Position numbers and translations under genes: made by a program. A DNA stretch of 64,000 nucleotides, from contig NC_043012.1 in assembly GCF_006345805.1 (NCBI RefSeq), positions 29,574,001-29,638,000 of the forward strand. Reading direction: 5' to 3'. Each line of letters opens with the position of its first letter. Position 1 is the first letter of the stretch. This document shows, piece by piece, positions 26,001 to 39,383 of the stretch. The stretch comes from Octopus sinensis. Lineage: Eukaryota. Below the pieces are notes generated by a model, which was not told the DNA's origin, ran no database searches, and was given only the letters and a program-made list of their open reading frames with translations.

Positions 26001-28880
26001 TTTCTAGTTTCAGCTCAGAGTTGCGGCCATGCTGATGCACCGCCGTTTTGTGCTACTCTGTTATTGCGAAGAACCTCGTCTAATATGTGGCACTTGGTGA
26101 AGAATAGAGTTTGATATAGCTACTCTCATTTGCACCTCTTGCCGTGAGGTAGGTTCATCTGGGACTCTCGACGGGAAGATGTCCAGCTTTGATTTAAAAA
26201 CCACTACATCTACTTTGTGCAAGTTCCTCAGACTCTTTGGGAGAATATTAAAAAGCTGTGGGCCCTTGAAACCCAGGCTGTTGCAGAAGCTGGTCCTGAA
26301 GTGTGATGGCATTGCTGAGATCTTTGGCACTATGCAGTGTCGTCCCTTTCTAGCATTGGTGTAGCTTACAATGCCAAAATTTGGCACAATTTCTTCCAGG
26401 ATCTTCCAGACATATATTACTGCATACCTCTCCCATCTTCTCTCCAGGGAGTAGAGTCTTAGCAATTTCAACCTTTCCCAGTAGCTGTTGCAAAGAGACG
26501 ATCTTCTCTGTGAATCTTCTCTGGATTGCTTCAAGGTCCGCTGTTAATTTTACACTGGTGGGTGACCATAGCTGTGAGCAGTAATCCAGGCGGCTGAGGA
26601 TGAATGTTCACCAGAGGACCATCATGGTTTCCTTATCTCTGGTTCTGAATGTTCTTAGGATCCACCCAGCCAGTCATCTGCACTTTGTCGCCATCCTGGT
26701 AATGTGCACTTGGAAAGAGGTATCATCACTCATGTCGATACCCAGGTCCCTCACAGACTTAGACTCTGGAATTGAAATTCCCTGTGGACCGGTGTATCCT
26801 GTAAGTTTAATATTCAGTTTTGGATGCTGGTAGCGCAGGGCCTGGAATTTTTCAGCTTTAAACTGCATATTATTATCCTCAGCCCATCTGTAGATTGAGT
26901 CCAACTCCTGCTGCAGGTGTGGAACATTGCTGGGGTTCTGTATTTTCTGCGAGACTTTCATATCGTCTGCATAGCTGGCCAGAGTGGCTATCCGGGCATT
27001 TGAGGGCATATCTGAGAGGGCCACTATAAAAAGCAGTGGTCCCAAGACAGTGCCCTGTGGAACACCGCTCACTATTTGTGTGTTCATAGAGGTGGCTCCA
27101 TTAACCACTGCTGCCTGACTCCTATCTTTCAGGAAGTCGTGTAACCACACTCCAAGTAATCCAGCTATGCCGAGGTCACACAGTTTGTGGCATATCATAC
27201 CATGATCCACCTTGTCAAATGCTTTTGCAAAATCAAGGTAGATTACATCCACATTTGATTTGTTGAGTAACTGCCTCAACACCCAGTCATAATGTTGTAA
27301 GAGCTGGGTCAGGCAGCTCCTACCTGGTCAAAAACCATGCTGGGTATCACTCAGCAAGTTATTTTCCTCAAGGAATGCGATTAGTTTCCTTCTGACTATC
27401 CGTTCCATGACTTTGCTGATGTGTGAAGTCAGAGAGATAGGCCTATAGTTTTTGGCATCTGCTCTACTTCCCCCTTTATGTATTGGGCATATTATTCCCT
27501 CCTTCAGCTTGCTTGGCAGTTTGCCATTCGCAAGAAAGCTCTGGAAGAGAATCTTGAGGGGTTTTGCCAGGGCATGCTTACACGCTTTGAGGAGGATGGC
27601 TGGGAAACCATCTGGACCAGCAGCTGAGTTTGTGTCCACTTCATCTATGGCTAGTAGGACATCTTTTTCGCTAATGTCAATACATTCTATTGTAACTGCC
27701 TCGCTCGTTGTAGGTGAGGTGGCAAAGAAGTCCACTGGTTCGTTCACTTGTCTGTGTTCCAACGGGGTGGTAAAGACACTTTTGAACTGGTCATTCAGCA
27801 TCTCACTGATCTTAGTTGGATTGTCTGTGAGGGAGCCATCCTTTTGTAGGAGGGCTCCTATCTTGTAGTGCACTGAGACTGTTTCTTTCGCGTAATGAAA
27901 GAAGGCCTTTGGGTTTGATTTAATATTTTTTATAACCCAGGCTTCTTTGTCTGCTTTTTCCTTCACATAGGATTGTTGCAGCCTTTTTTCGATCTCCATC
28001 AGTGTTGTTTTTAGGCGGGATGTTTTGCTACTTTTAGGATGTTGGTTGAGACAATTTGCAACCTTCGTCCGTCATCTCATGAGGATCTTCCTGTCTCTTG
28101 GAATCTTGCTCCTATTTGTTTTGGCCTTGTGCTCTGGGACATATTTCTGGCATACGGCTTGCACAGAAGACATGAAACATTCTAGTTTCATGTCAATGTA
28201 TGGTGTGGAGAGACATTCTGGCCAGTCCTCTCTGAGGATCTCTTTTTGGATCAATTTCCAATCTGCTTTGTGGAAGTTCAGATTGGAGAGATTTCGGGTG
28301 CTTCCTTTAGGCTGTATGTCTCTGGTTACTTTTGGCCCAAACATAGACAGCTCTATTATGTTGTGATTCGAAACTGATGTTGGTGTCACTTTCACATCAT
28401 GAATGATGTCCATATTGTTCGCGAAGCAGAGATCCAGAATGTTATTTGCCCTAGTTGGTTTGAGTACAACTTGCTCCATGAATAAGGCATTGGTGAGGTT
28501 GAGCAGGGACTCCAGCTGTACTTGCTTGCAATGATTCATTCCTGCGAGTATGTGACCTTCGGGCCATTTGACATTGGGGAAGTTGAAATCACTCATAAGA
28601 AATATGGTCATGTGGTGTTCCAGATTCATGAGGATTTCTTTAATTCTTGTGAGGCAATCTTTAAACTTGGCTTGTTCCTCTGGCCAGAGGTGTGCGCTTA
28701 GCTCTTCAGGGGTTAAGCTACAAACACTCTGACTTGTCTGGTAGATGCATGCTCCTGTGATGATTTCATAAACCTTTGGTCTGTCTAATGCTAACCATCT
28801 TTGTTTACAATATGTCTGACACCATGGTGGGGACATCATCAATGGATGCTGGCACAGCTCCATTTCATCACAATTTTGAA
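26001..28880 (-). mobile_element. 5'-truncated CR1-group LINE, ORF2 pseudogene (APE C-terminal part and RT)
   Basis: SDFNFPNVKW, NYRPISLTSHISKVMERIV, DVIYLDFAKAFDKVDH, SGVPQGTVLGPLLF, YADD, LYSLERR; stop in GF*PGRSC (likely CGA>TGA) and frameshifts; structured 3' tail at 26004-26044. Confidence 0.9.
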
Positions 28881-29139
28881 GGATGCTCTTCAAATAATAA
28901 TAATGGTAAAAATAATAATCCTTTCTTATTTTTGACACAGGGCTAGCAATTTTGAGGGGAAGAGGTAACTTGGCTACATTGACCCTAGTACTTGACTAGC
29001 CTTTACTTTCGACCCTGAAAGAATGAAAGGCAAAGTCAACCTCTGCAGAATTTGAACTCAAAATGTGAAGCCGAAAGAAATGCCATTCAGCAATTTAGCC
29101 TGATTTGCTAACAACTCTGCCAGCTTGTTGCCTTGTAAA

Positions 29140-29203
<64 letters not shown>

Positions 29204-30196
29204 TGCCTCACCTGCAAAGTCAAGCACCGTTTATCTTGATATGAGATCACCATGTTGCACACATATGGTTGTGATGCATGTGCCTAGTGTACCCTTATCA
29301 GATGGGTAGGCATAATGGATATATTGGACTCTGTATATTTGTACCCCAGCATCACTTTGATGGCATGCACTGCTCTCTCTCTCTCTCAATAATAATAATG
29401 ATGATGATGATGTTGACAGCAATTTGCAACATGGATCCAAGGCTACAAATATTGATGGGGGCAGGGGACAGTAGCTTAAATCCACCCTTGTGCTTGACTG
29501 GTATTTCATCGTGGTAGCCCCGAAAGGGATAAAGAGCTAACTTGACCACTTGACATGAACTGAACTCAGAATGTAAGGGATGTAAGCAGATCTCTGAAAG
29601 CACTTCGTCAGGCACCACCACCGACCCCCCCCCCCTCAAATCTACTGACCTTCAAACAACAACAACAACAATAATAGTAATAATGATATTTGTTTCTTCT
29701 GACAATGATTATGGTGATTATGATGACGATGATAGTCTTAGAAACAAATGTGATATTATGTACATAGTATAGCAACGGCAGCCACCACATTGGAGGATCT
29801 CTGGTTCGGTTTCTTTATAACTACCCCCACCCTTCCCCAATCCCCCATCCTTACTCACACACATTTTTACTATGTTATTGATCCTGCAAGAAGTTAGTCC
29901 TCACCCCTCCACCCTGGGCCACCACTGCTGTAATAATGGCCATGTAAACTGATCTTCCATTCCTCTTCATTGTCTTTTGTCAACATGCTGCTTTAAACCA
30001 GATCTTTTGTCTGTCTGTGTGTCCGTATATGTCTGTATGCATGTGTTTGTGTTTCTGTCTCTCTTTCTCTCTCTCTTTTCACTCTATCTCTTCCCACCTT
30101 TCCAGTCTTTTTGTTTATTCCTTTCTCTCTCTCTCTCCCCTTCACATTTACACACACGTGTGAATAGACATATATATTCATGTGTGTGTGTGTGTA

Positions 30197-30257
<61 letters not shown>

Positions 30258-31399
30258 GCACACACGTGTATGTGTGTGTACATATATATTGCTCCATAAA
30301 GCTGTCATTAAGAAGTTCATTTCACAACCACTTTGTTCTGGTTTCAATCCTAGCCTACAGCACCTTTAACAAAGGTGTTTCATAATGTTGTGTTTAGTAA
30401 CTATCATTAAATTCATTCTGTGGTTCCATGTTGGTGTCCAGGTATTTAGACTTTGCAGACCTGCAATGGCTTGGGAAGAAGCTATATACAAGCTGGCCAG
30501 AGTCATTAGGCTTTAAAAAAAAGCAAATTGAAAAGAACCCACCTCAAGATTTTCAGTCTGTGTCTAAAAGTGGAGATCAATTCTGTTTTTGTTTTCTTTT
30601 GGTTTTGTTTTTACATTATTAATGTGAAGTGGTTGATAATATGTAAATGTTCAGTTAAGCATATACTGCAGTGCTTGGAACCAGAATGGAGTGGCTCTGT
30701 CCAGGACTACAACTTTTACTACAACTAAAACCACCTCTACTAATGTTACTACTACCACCTCTAGTGCCATTACCACTACCTTCACTACTACTACCACAGC
30801 CGTTACTACTATTATTACTAATATTATTTTCTTACTCCATCAGCTGGTTGGTTTCTGGTAATATCTTAAGCCTTTGTTTCCTTATGTGTCAAATAACTTT
30901 GTAAATTGCTTGCTGGGATCCTTTATCCTCTCCTTTCTTAAGGCTCAAACCCCTGATCAGTTTTCATCACTCGTTCCCATCTCGCACACATTCCTTCCAG
31001 CCTGTTACCCTCCTCTCACTGCACGAACATGCAAACCAGTCGTGTTGTTTCTCTCTTCTGATCCAATTTATTCCTCAGTTTTTTTCTCTCAGTTTATTTG
31101 TGCTCTGTCATTCATGTGCCATCACTAGCATTTCACATCTGGCAAGGCATGCTTGCTTCCATTTCTTTCTGGCCTTCACACATTCTTTGCATTTGCTTCC
31201 CATGTTTGGCAACCATTCAATGTTGTACTTCATACTCAAGCATCATACAATCTACCCTTCCCTAAAAGAAAGAACCCCCAAACTTTTTTTTTCTAACAGA
31301 GCTGTCTGAACCTTTTCTTACTCCAGCTATTTTATGTACAGAACACCCTCCCCTTCATTACTAATTAAGCCACCTAGATAATAGGGTGTGTAGCTCAGA

Positions 31400-32200
31400 A
31401 ACCAGAAAGTCTCTCCAGGTTGAGAGATCACAGCCCATGGACATGTGATTAGAATGTCTCAGGAATGAATCGCTAGATGAATTCTCGAAGCCAAACTAAC
31501 TGGCTGGAGACTGAGGAATAGAGCAGGAAGGAGATGGTTGGATGATATCCATCTCCTCGGTTGGTCATGTTTGGAAATCTCTTAGAAAAGTGTAATGATG
31601 GTTGCTTCTGATAGGACCCCATGGAGGAGGAAAGGCCTGAGGATTCTTACCCCTGTGACCCTCTTAGGAACAGTGGGACCCTATTCAGATTGGCTCCTTA
31701 TGAGGTGCTTCTCTGTCAGGATGGCTCTGGTTCCACTGCATTTACTGGTGCTGCCAAATTTGCATGTCTCTCTGCATGTTATGGTCTCTAAAGACATCAG
31801 AAGTAGGAAGGTGCGTGGAGGGCCATGCACAAATGTAGTTCTTAAGAAGAATATTGAGGATAGCATGGACATACAAAATGTCTAATGAAGACATGATGAC
31901 CTGGGCTGTGGTAAATGAGAAACTGTTTTGTGAAATAAGGGCCAGGAAACAGATTTCTTGGTCATGTGGTGAGGAAAGAGGGCCCAAGGAGAATTTAGCA
32001 AGGAGTGGAAAAAGATTAAAGGGAAAAGAAGCAGAGAAAGGAGAAGGATGATATTGATGTGAAGCTTGATGAATTGGATCAAAGAAAAGAGGCATTAAAT
32101 ATCAGGAAGTGGAACTGTTACAGAAAACAAAGAATAGAGAATTGTGGCAGGAAATAATTGCTTATGTCCTCCATTCTGGACGTGGCACCTAAAGAAGATG
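31400..32200 (+). mobile_element. Two decayed RTE (BovB-like) ORF2 C-terminal fragments
   Basis: HGHVIRM...ILEAKL...RRWLDDI (about 31430-31550) and LRIAWTYKMSNED...RELWQEII with a ggcacctaaagaag tail (about 31840-32200). Confidence 0.6.
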
Positions 32201-32908
32201 CCGCTACCAATACCATCAATGTAGTTGAATGGATTTCATCCTTTATTAGGGTTTGGAAGCTTCCTAAATATAACGTCTGATATGGTCTGTTGTTCAGTAC
32301 AAGAGCAGTGGCATTGAGCAACAATGGTTAGAGATGGGTGGCAATGTGTTCCTCGTCTCTGATGTTTAGTTTTGTATTCAAACTACAAGATGTTTTGAGC
32401 CCTCATGAATCTTAATAATCTTGAAGCCCTTTCTTCATACAACAGATTTTAGCTCCAGGCAAAAGAATTCTCCCTATACACACCCTGCAGAAGAAAAAGA
32501 GGAAGAAGAAGAAGACGATGATGACAACAATCACCATCAGCAGCAGCTTTATTGACTTGGAAGTACTTGATAACCTGAGATGTGTGTGTGCCTCAGTATC
32601 ATATCAAAAGTTGGCTGTCTACTTTGAGTGTTACTCTAGGCTGGGCTATTCACAACACTCCTAAACAACATCACCTGAGGCAAAACTCTGTCAAATCTAT
32701 CCACCCAAACCAGTGAATTCTGCAGCAGATAATGTTTGCATTTGGTAAAATATACTTTACGACCCTTGTGTTACACATATGTGTAGGTCTCTCTCTCCCC
32801 ACTCCCATGGAAGATGGACTTTAAACAATGATGATATTAATGATATATATATATAATATATATATATATATTTACAGAGATGTACTGAGATTGTGTACTG
32901 AAACAAAA

Positions 32909-33125
32909 ACAATTGCAGCATAGAAGGTGTTCATAAGCCATTTAAAAACACACAAAAACCTTTAGATTCCCTTCAACATTTAAATTTAATTTGTCAAAAT
33001 ATTTTCGGCGCTTTGAGACTGCAACCTGATCACTGACAAAATTAAAATATTGAAGTGAATCTAACGGTTTTTGTGTGTTTTTTTTTTTGAATGGCTTATA
33101 AACACCTTCCATGCTACAATTGTTT
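32909..33125. repeat. Imperfect foldback element with a central hammerhead-like motif
   Basis: Arms about 32909-32982 and 33045-33125 are reverse complements. Confidence 0.75.
32990..33040 (-). ncRNA. Minimal type I hammerhead-like motif with G3-C8 core variant
   Basis: UUUGUCA-GUGAUCA-GGUUGC/AGUCUCAAA/GCGCC-GAA-AAUAUU-U-UGACAAA: 7-bp stem I, stem II and palindromic stem III. Confidence 0.6.
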
Positions 33126-33688
33126 ATATATATATATACATATATATATATTTATAAACAGGTGTTTTAATAGCAGCTTTACAATACCAGTTGTTAATTC
33201 CACTTTTATACAATTTAATGGCCACATAGTCCTGTGCCTCCATACTAACTGTTCCTGCATTATATCTTTGAACCCTTGCTCCCACCCACCACCACCACCA
33301 TCACTGACAACAACAACAATACCAACACACCTCAGAAACCATTTTCCATTGCGCCATTATGTAGTAGTGCCAGTTGGTTACCAGTCGGTTCCTGTGTCTG
33401 AAGTATTCAGCAGGTTTGATGTTTTAATGTGATATGGCTGTAAGCTAAATTAATTCCAGCTACAGAGTGCTGTTGTAACAGGATCTGCCGCCAACGACGT
33501 CGGTTGTGGGTTACTAAAATATCACATGTCATACAGCTATGGATTACAGTCTCTCTTTCTACGACAGGCATTCCTTCTATTCCTCCTCCTCCTCATCCTC
33601 CAACTGACTCACAGCTTTTTGATGTGATTTATCTTACACTAGATCTCTCTCACTCTCTCCTTCTCTCTCTCCCCTTCTCTCTCTTTCC

Positions 33689-33734
<46 letters not shown>

Positions 33735-34447
33735 GCTTCACTTCATTTTTACAGGGGAGTATCACTGATTTAATATATTCAGTGTGGGAGTATAGAGGTA
33801 TTAGTGTTAAACTTTACTGTCCTAATAAATCCGGGAGTATAAGATTAAACTTTGCTGTCAATGTAAACATGCTGACCATTACAAATGGTCACTGTGTGAT
33901 TTGTGGAGGTTTGGTTGCTATTTCTGTTGGATTCAGTGACCACATTAATGTTTGTTGGTTTACTGGTATTGATAGGATTATATTATAAACATATCTGTAT
34001 TGACTCCTCTCCTTCCATGCCATCCATGCCTGTCACAAACCCCCACCACCACTGTCCATGCTAAATATATTTACAATTAAGTGGACATTATTAAAAGATC
34101 TTACCCTCCTAATTGTGACACAAATAACTCCAAAATCTCAGTTGAGGGCAGTGCAACATGGTTGATAAGGTTTTCTAATTTTCATACAAAGCCAGCAATT
34201 TTGAGGGAAGAATAGAAAGTCAATTACCTCGACCCCAGTATATGATTAGCGCTTTATTTTATTGCCCCCCCCCCCCCCACACACACACACACACTGAAAA
34301 GATGAAAGTTGACTTCAGCTGGGTTTGAACACAGAACGTAAAGAGTCAGAAGAAATGTTGTGAAGCATTTTGTCTGACGTGCAGATGATTCTACTAGTTT
34401 GCCACTTTAACAGTACAGAGTTAATAATAATAATAATAATAATCACA

Positions 34448-34880
34448 TATGGCAGTGAGCTGGCAGAAGCATTAGCACACTGGGTGGAATGCTTAGTGGT
34501 ATTTCGTCTGCGGTTACGTTCTGAGTTCAAATTCCGCCGAGGTCAACTTTGCCCTTCATCCTTTCAGAGTCGATTAAATAAGTACCAGTTACGCACTGGG
34601 GTTGATATAATCGACTTAATCTGTTTGTCTGTCCTTGTTTGTCCTCTCTGTGTTTAGCCCCTTGTGGGTTGTAAAGAAATAGAAATAGGTATTTTGTCTA
34701 CCGTTACATTCTGAGTTCAAACTCTGCCGAGGTCAACTTGGCCTTTCATCCTTTCAGGATCGATTGAATAAGTACCAGTTATGCACTGGGGTTGATGCAA
34801 TCGACTTAAACCCATTGTCTGTCCTTGTTTGTTTCCTCTATGTTTTAGCCCCCTGTGGGCAATAAGGAAATAAATAACCT
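34448..34880 (+). mobile_element. Tandem SINE B copies (a minus-strand copy lies at about 34185-34410)
   Basis: ggcagtgagctggcagaagc...gagttcaaattccgccgaggtcaactttgcc. Confidence 0.75.
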
Positions 34881-34995
34881 CTAGTCCCAGTGCCACAATA
34901 AAATGTACCCAGTAATGTGCTGGGGTTGAGTGCACCTTTTTAAAAATGAGTGTGTGTGTGTGTGTGTGTGTGTGTGTACACACAAATACATAGAA

Positions 34996-36125
34996 TGTCA
35001 ATTTATATGAAAGGTGGATGGCAAGTGAGTTGAGGAATTACATTTACATCAAAAGTATCAGATAATTACGCTGGAATGGATGGATGGCCATGTGACTGAA
35101 TGGATGATACATACTGGGAGGATAATACCTGGTGGTGGTGGTGGTGGTGTGTGTGGGTGTGTTGCTGTGAAAAAAAGAGGGGGAGGGATAGATGGAGGAG
35201 AATGTGAAATCAAAGGATGAGGATGTAATAATCTCTTCAGGGCTGGTGTCATGGCAAAATGCAGTGTCAGTTGGTTGGGGTTAGGAAAGACATTCCAGCC
35301 ATGAAAAGCAAGCCAAAAATGGGACTCCTAAGTGAGATGTGGGCCCATCAACAAGGGCAGAAATGACCCATACAACCCAGGCCTAGAATGGAAAACAAAC
35401 ATAAAACAATGGCACACACACATGTTTGGTTCAGCTGATGCCAATGGTGAAGGAAGAGGTTGGGGGTGGAAGTGTCGGTTCACATTCCTTCAGATCTCTG
35501 GAGTGTGTGGTGGTGGGGAGGGTGGAGGTATAGCAGGTCCCCAGGTGCCACATTTCGTGAGGGGGGTTGGAGTGGAGTGGTAGAGGTAGGGGTGGTGGTG
35601 AAAGAACCTAAGACTTGGGTGAGGAGAGTTAGAGGAGAATTGTTCAAATATTTCCAAAGTCCTCATTAAAACATCATTAATTTTAGCTTTTGCTTTTTGT
35701 TCACATTGTGGGTATACGTAGGGAGAGGGGAATGGTTTGGTGTGTGTGTGTATACAGAATTGTGCATGTGGTTGTGTGTGTGCGTGCATATGTAATGCAT
35801 ATGTATGCTTATGCATGTATGTGTGGTGGTTGCTGTAACTTACATAAAAAGGGGCCATCATGTTATTGCAAAATTTCTTCTGCAACCCACCTACCCTAAG
35901 CAATCTGTCCTTATCCTTTGATCTCCTCTCTCTCTATCTCTCTCTCTCTCTCTCACAGCAACACACACACACACACACACCACCACCACCAGGTATTATC
36001 CTCCCAGTATGTATCATCCATTCAGTCACATGGCCATCCATCCATTCCAGCGTAATTATCTGATACTTTTGATGTAAATGTAATTCCTCAACTCACTTGC
36101 CATCCACCTTTCATATAAATTGACA
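34996..36125. repeat. Perfect 145-bp inverted duplication (34996-35140 and 35981-36125) with 840-bp spacer
   Basis: Base-by-base comparison found no mismatch. Confidence 0.9.
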
Positions 36126-36544
36126 CATACACACACACACACATTATTCCTTGTATTTTTCCTGGCTTTTATATGTTAACCGATCCTCTACAACTCCGCA
36201 TCTTTCTCCACTTGTCACATCACTCTGTCATCTCCTTTGTTAGGTCTAACATCCTGAGTTCAGCTTCCGCCAATCCTGCCCATATTTTCTTTGGAATTCC
36301 CCCCCTTTTTTTTCACAGCATCTATCCACCTGGGTCTCCCACTGCTGCTTTACCCATCTTCCATATATATTACCCGTGAGTACCAGTGCCATCTTCTATC
36401 TGATTCTTCAGAAACTGCTTCACCAATCAGTCGGTATCGCACAGCTCCATACAAAGGACCCAGCTTGAGCCCTACTTCACTGCATTTTCTCAATGTCTCC
36501 TCAATTACAGTTCTATATTTAAAAGATGAGGAGTTATTTACACT

Positions 36545-36973
36545 ATTTACATTTTACGGAAATTTGTCCTCATCTTGTTTGTTGTTAACACAATGTTTCG
36601 GCTGATATATCTTCCAGCCTTCATCAGGTGTCTTGGGGGATATTTCGAACCTGGGCTCTCGTTCTTAAGGTATTTTTAGATGCTGTTGTTGCTGCTGTTG
36701 TTGTTATTATTATTATTATTATTATTATTGTTGTTCAGGTACACTACCTGGAATCAAACTTGGAATCTTGTGGTTAAGTGCACGGGCTACCAGCCCCAAG
36801 ATTCCAAGCTCGATTCCAGGCCGTGACCTGAATAATAATAATAATAATAATAATATTAATAATATCGAAAAATACTTTGGGAATGAGAACCCAGGTTCGA
36901 AATTTCCCCAAGACACCTGAAACGTGTTAATAACAAACAAGATGAGGACAAATATCCGTCAAATGTAAATAAT
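36545..36973. repeat. Foldback element, probably derived from a PLE terminal repeat
   Basis: Arms are reverse complements including (TTA)n/(AAT)n tracts; the left arm carries a hammerhead motif. Confidence 0.75.
36587..36632 (-). ncRNA. Minimal type I hammerhead ribozyme motif with canonical core
   Basis: GACAC-CUGAUGA-A-GGCUG/GAAGAUAUAU/CAGCC-GAAAC-AUU-GUGUU; stem III palindrome ACGU altered to ACAU. Confidence 0.7.
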
Positions 36974-38591
36974 GTAAATCTCCAATTATTCCTGATGGTA
37001 TGGTACCATTTCCTGCCTTCATAACCCTAATCACATTTTCAACCCTGCAACTATCAGCCTCAACAGCTGTCCCTTTGTTGGGTCTACTCAGAGTTATCCC
37101 TCTTTCTTCCACACATTCTCCACCCACTCACCCCACTCACCCCACTCACCCCCTAGTTGCGAGCTTCTTTCTTCTCATTTGAAAATAAGGACTCCCATTG
37201 TGTTTCTGTCTACAATTTCCCCCAACAACATCTTGATTCTCACTGACCACCACTCCTTTTGCAATCCAGAATACATCATACCTCTGCCTCTTTCATCACT
37301 AAACAATAATAAGCTTCTTAGCTTTTTCTGTCCTATGTCTACCTGTGTCTAGCATCTTCTCTAGCCACCTGTTCATCTTCATCACTCACTAGGTCTTTTA
37401 CTCATGCCTGCTTTTTACCTTTTTTGGTCTTATCTCATGCTACATGCCATCTACATACACCCCCTCCCTCACCTCATCATTTTTACTTACACATTTTCTA
37501 TGCTGGCATGTGTTGAATGAGACTTACTGATGCCATATTCTTTCACCAACCACTTCCTGTTTTTCAAGACATTTCTTACTTCATTTGTCTCCACATTTCA
37601 CAACCAAAGAAAATTGTTGAGTTACAGCAAATGTTGTCTACAGAAAATCAAGCATACCCTCATATGGTTCACTTCCTGATGTTGTGATTCCCCACTCCAT
37701 CGCACCTTGGCACTTCTTCGATAAGCCCCTGGCTGGCCTTTGGCCTGAGAGTAGAATTGGTTGGCAGAAACTGAAAGAAGCCTGTAATATGTTTCTAATC
37801 TGATCTGATTTGTCTCTCCATCTGTCTATCTACCGACATATCTACCTGCCAGTCTGTCTGTTTGTGTATCTATCTGTATGTATTTATCTATCTGTATGTA
37901 TTTATCTATCTGCCTGGCTGTCTTGATTAAATAAACTTATGATCAAAGGCACTCCAACCACGCCATTCATCTCTTTTACTAACACTGCATATCTAACATC
38001 TCATTGTTTAATGTTACCTAATTGTACATTGTGATTTAACTGAGATACAGCTGCTATATTTAGCTGGTCGAACGACCATGAAGAGGTTCCATCAATGGCC
38101 CACAATGTTCTGGCTTCTCTAAAGTACATTTCATTCAAACTCTCTACCCAGACAGACAGACAAAGACAGACGACCTTTCTTCTTGGTTTTCACAAGTTCA
38201 AAGACATCCTTCTCTTGGCAAAATAAAAAAAAAACTATATATAAATGAAATAAATAAACAATAACAAAACAGAACAAAATAAAAGTGTAACAAATTCTAA
38301 GAAAAAGAAACACAAAAATAAACCAAACAGGAAATAAATAGAAAACAAAAAAAGAAACAAATAAAAAATAAATGACAAAATAATTGTGTAAGAACCACTT
38401 CAGTATCTTCGGATGTTATTATATAGAATAGAGTTATTGTAGGTAGGTAAATATAATTCCTTCCTTCAAAGCATGTGCATGTATGTATATATATATACAC
38501 ACACGTGTGTGTGTGAGCATGCAGGGTGTTATAAATAGTGTTGTCTTATGTCTTCACACCTCTGTTGTCTACATTCTGTTGCCACATTTAG

Positions 38592-38617
38592 AACATGGCT
38601 CACGGTGGGTCTAACAG
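38592..38617 (+). CDS. Candidate host exon (26 nt; TWLTVGLT in phase 2-1, or MAHGGSN with AACATGG context)
   Basis: Acceptor ttctgttgccacatttag and donor CAG|gtatgt. Confidence 0.35.
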
Positions 38618-38785
38618 GTATGTTGTCTATTGAGTGAAGTTCTCTGCTGTGTGTGTAAGGAAATAGATATGCAGAAATATATTCTGGTGGTAATATATAT
38701 TGTATGTGCATGTATGCAGACAGATACATGTGTGTATGTGGATATAATTACTACCGTTATAAATATACACGGTGTATGTGTGGGT

Positions 38786-38819
<34 letters not shown>

Positions 38820-39126
38820 GTACATGTTTGTGTGTAAGTGAGGAAATGGATATGCAAATGTGTTTTGCTGGTAATATCTGTGTGCGTGTGTGTATATAAC
38901 ATGCATGTGTCTATCATTGGCACAACCATGCATACATTCGTGTGTGTGTGTGTAAGATGCCGTAATGTCTTTATTTTCATCTCTCTTCTTCCTCCTCATC
39001 AATGTGTTAGTGTTTGGTGTGTGACTGAGACTGAATCTCAATGAAGCAAGAATTAGCACTAAACCGTCTCTAAGAAAACCTGTTCAGCCTGCAGGAGCCC
39101 TTAACCTGGTCCCAAATAACATTCAG

Positions 39127-39186
39127 GTCACCCGAAAACCTCTGTACTGACCCACTACTGCTACAAGTTCAATGGTTGTTGTAAAG
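39127..39186 (+). CDS. Candidate host exon (60 nt, phase 1-1, HPKTSVLTHYCYKFNGCCK)
   Basis: Strong donor AAG|gtatga, weaker acceptor acattcag; only one frame is open. Confidence 0.3.
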
Positions 39187-39383
39187 GTATGAACACCACT
39201 ACATCGCATTTATCTTCACCAACTGTTAAATCTCTGGCAGTCATTATGTTCTGTGGATAAACGAGAGAACCATGTACCGAATCCAGACACTTGCAGTCTG
39301 TCTCACCTTTGATAACCACTGGGTTTTGTTTTTGTTTTTTCTCCTTCCTTGTTGTTTTCTTGTGTCAACTTGAAAGAAGACAG

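Noticed and set aside
27452-27868. Antisense ORFs over LINE RT (also 28025-28366, 50721-50996, 51271-51690, 59004-59327)
   Set aside because: They are shadows of the opposite-strand TE coding frames.
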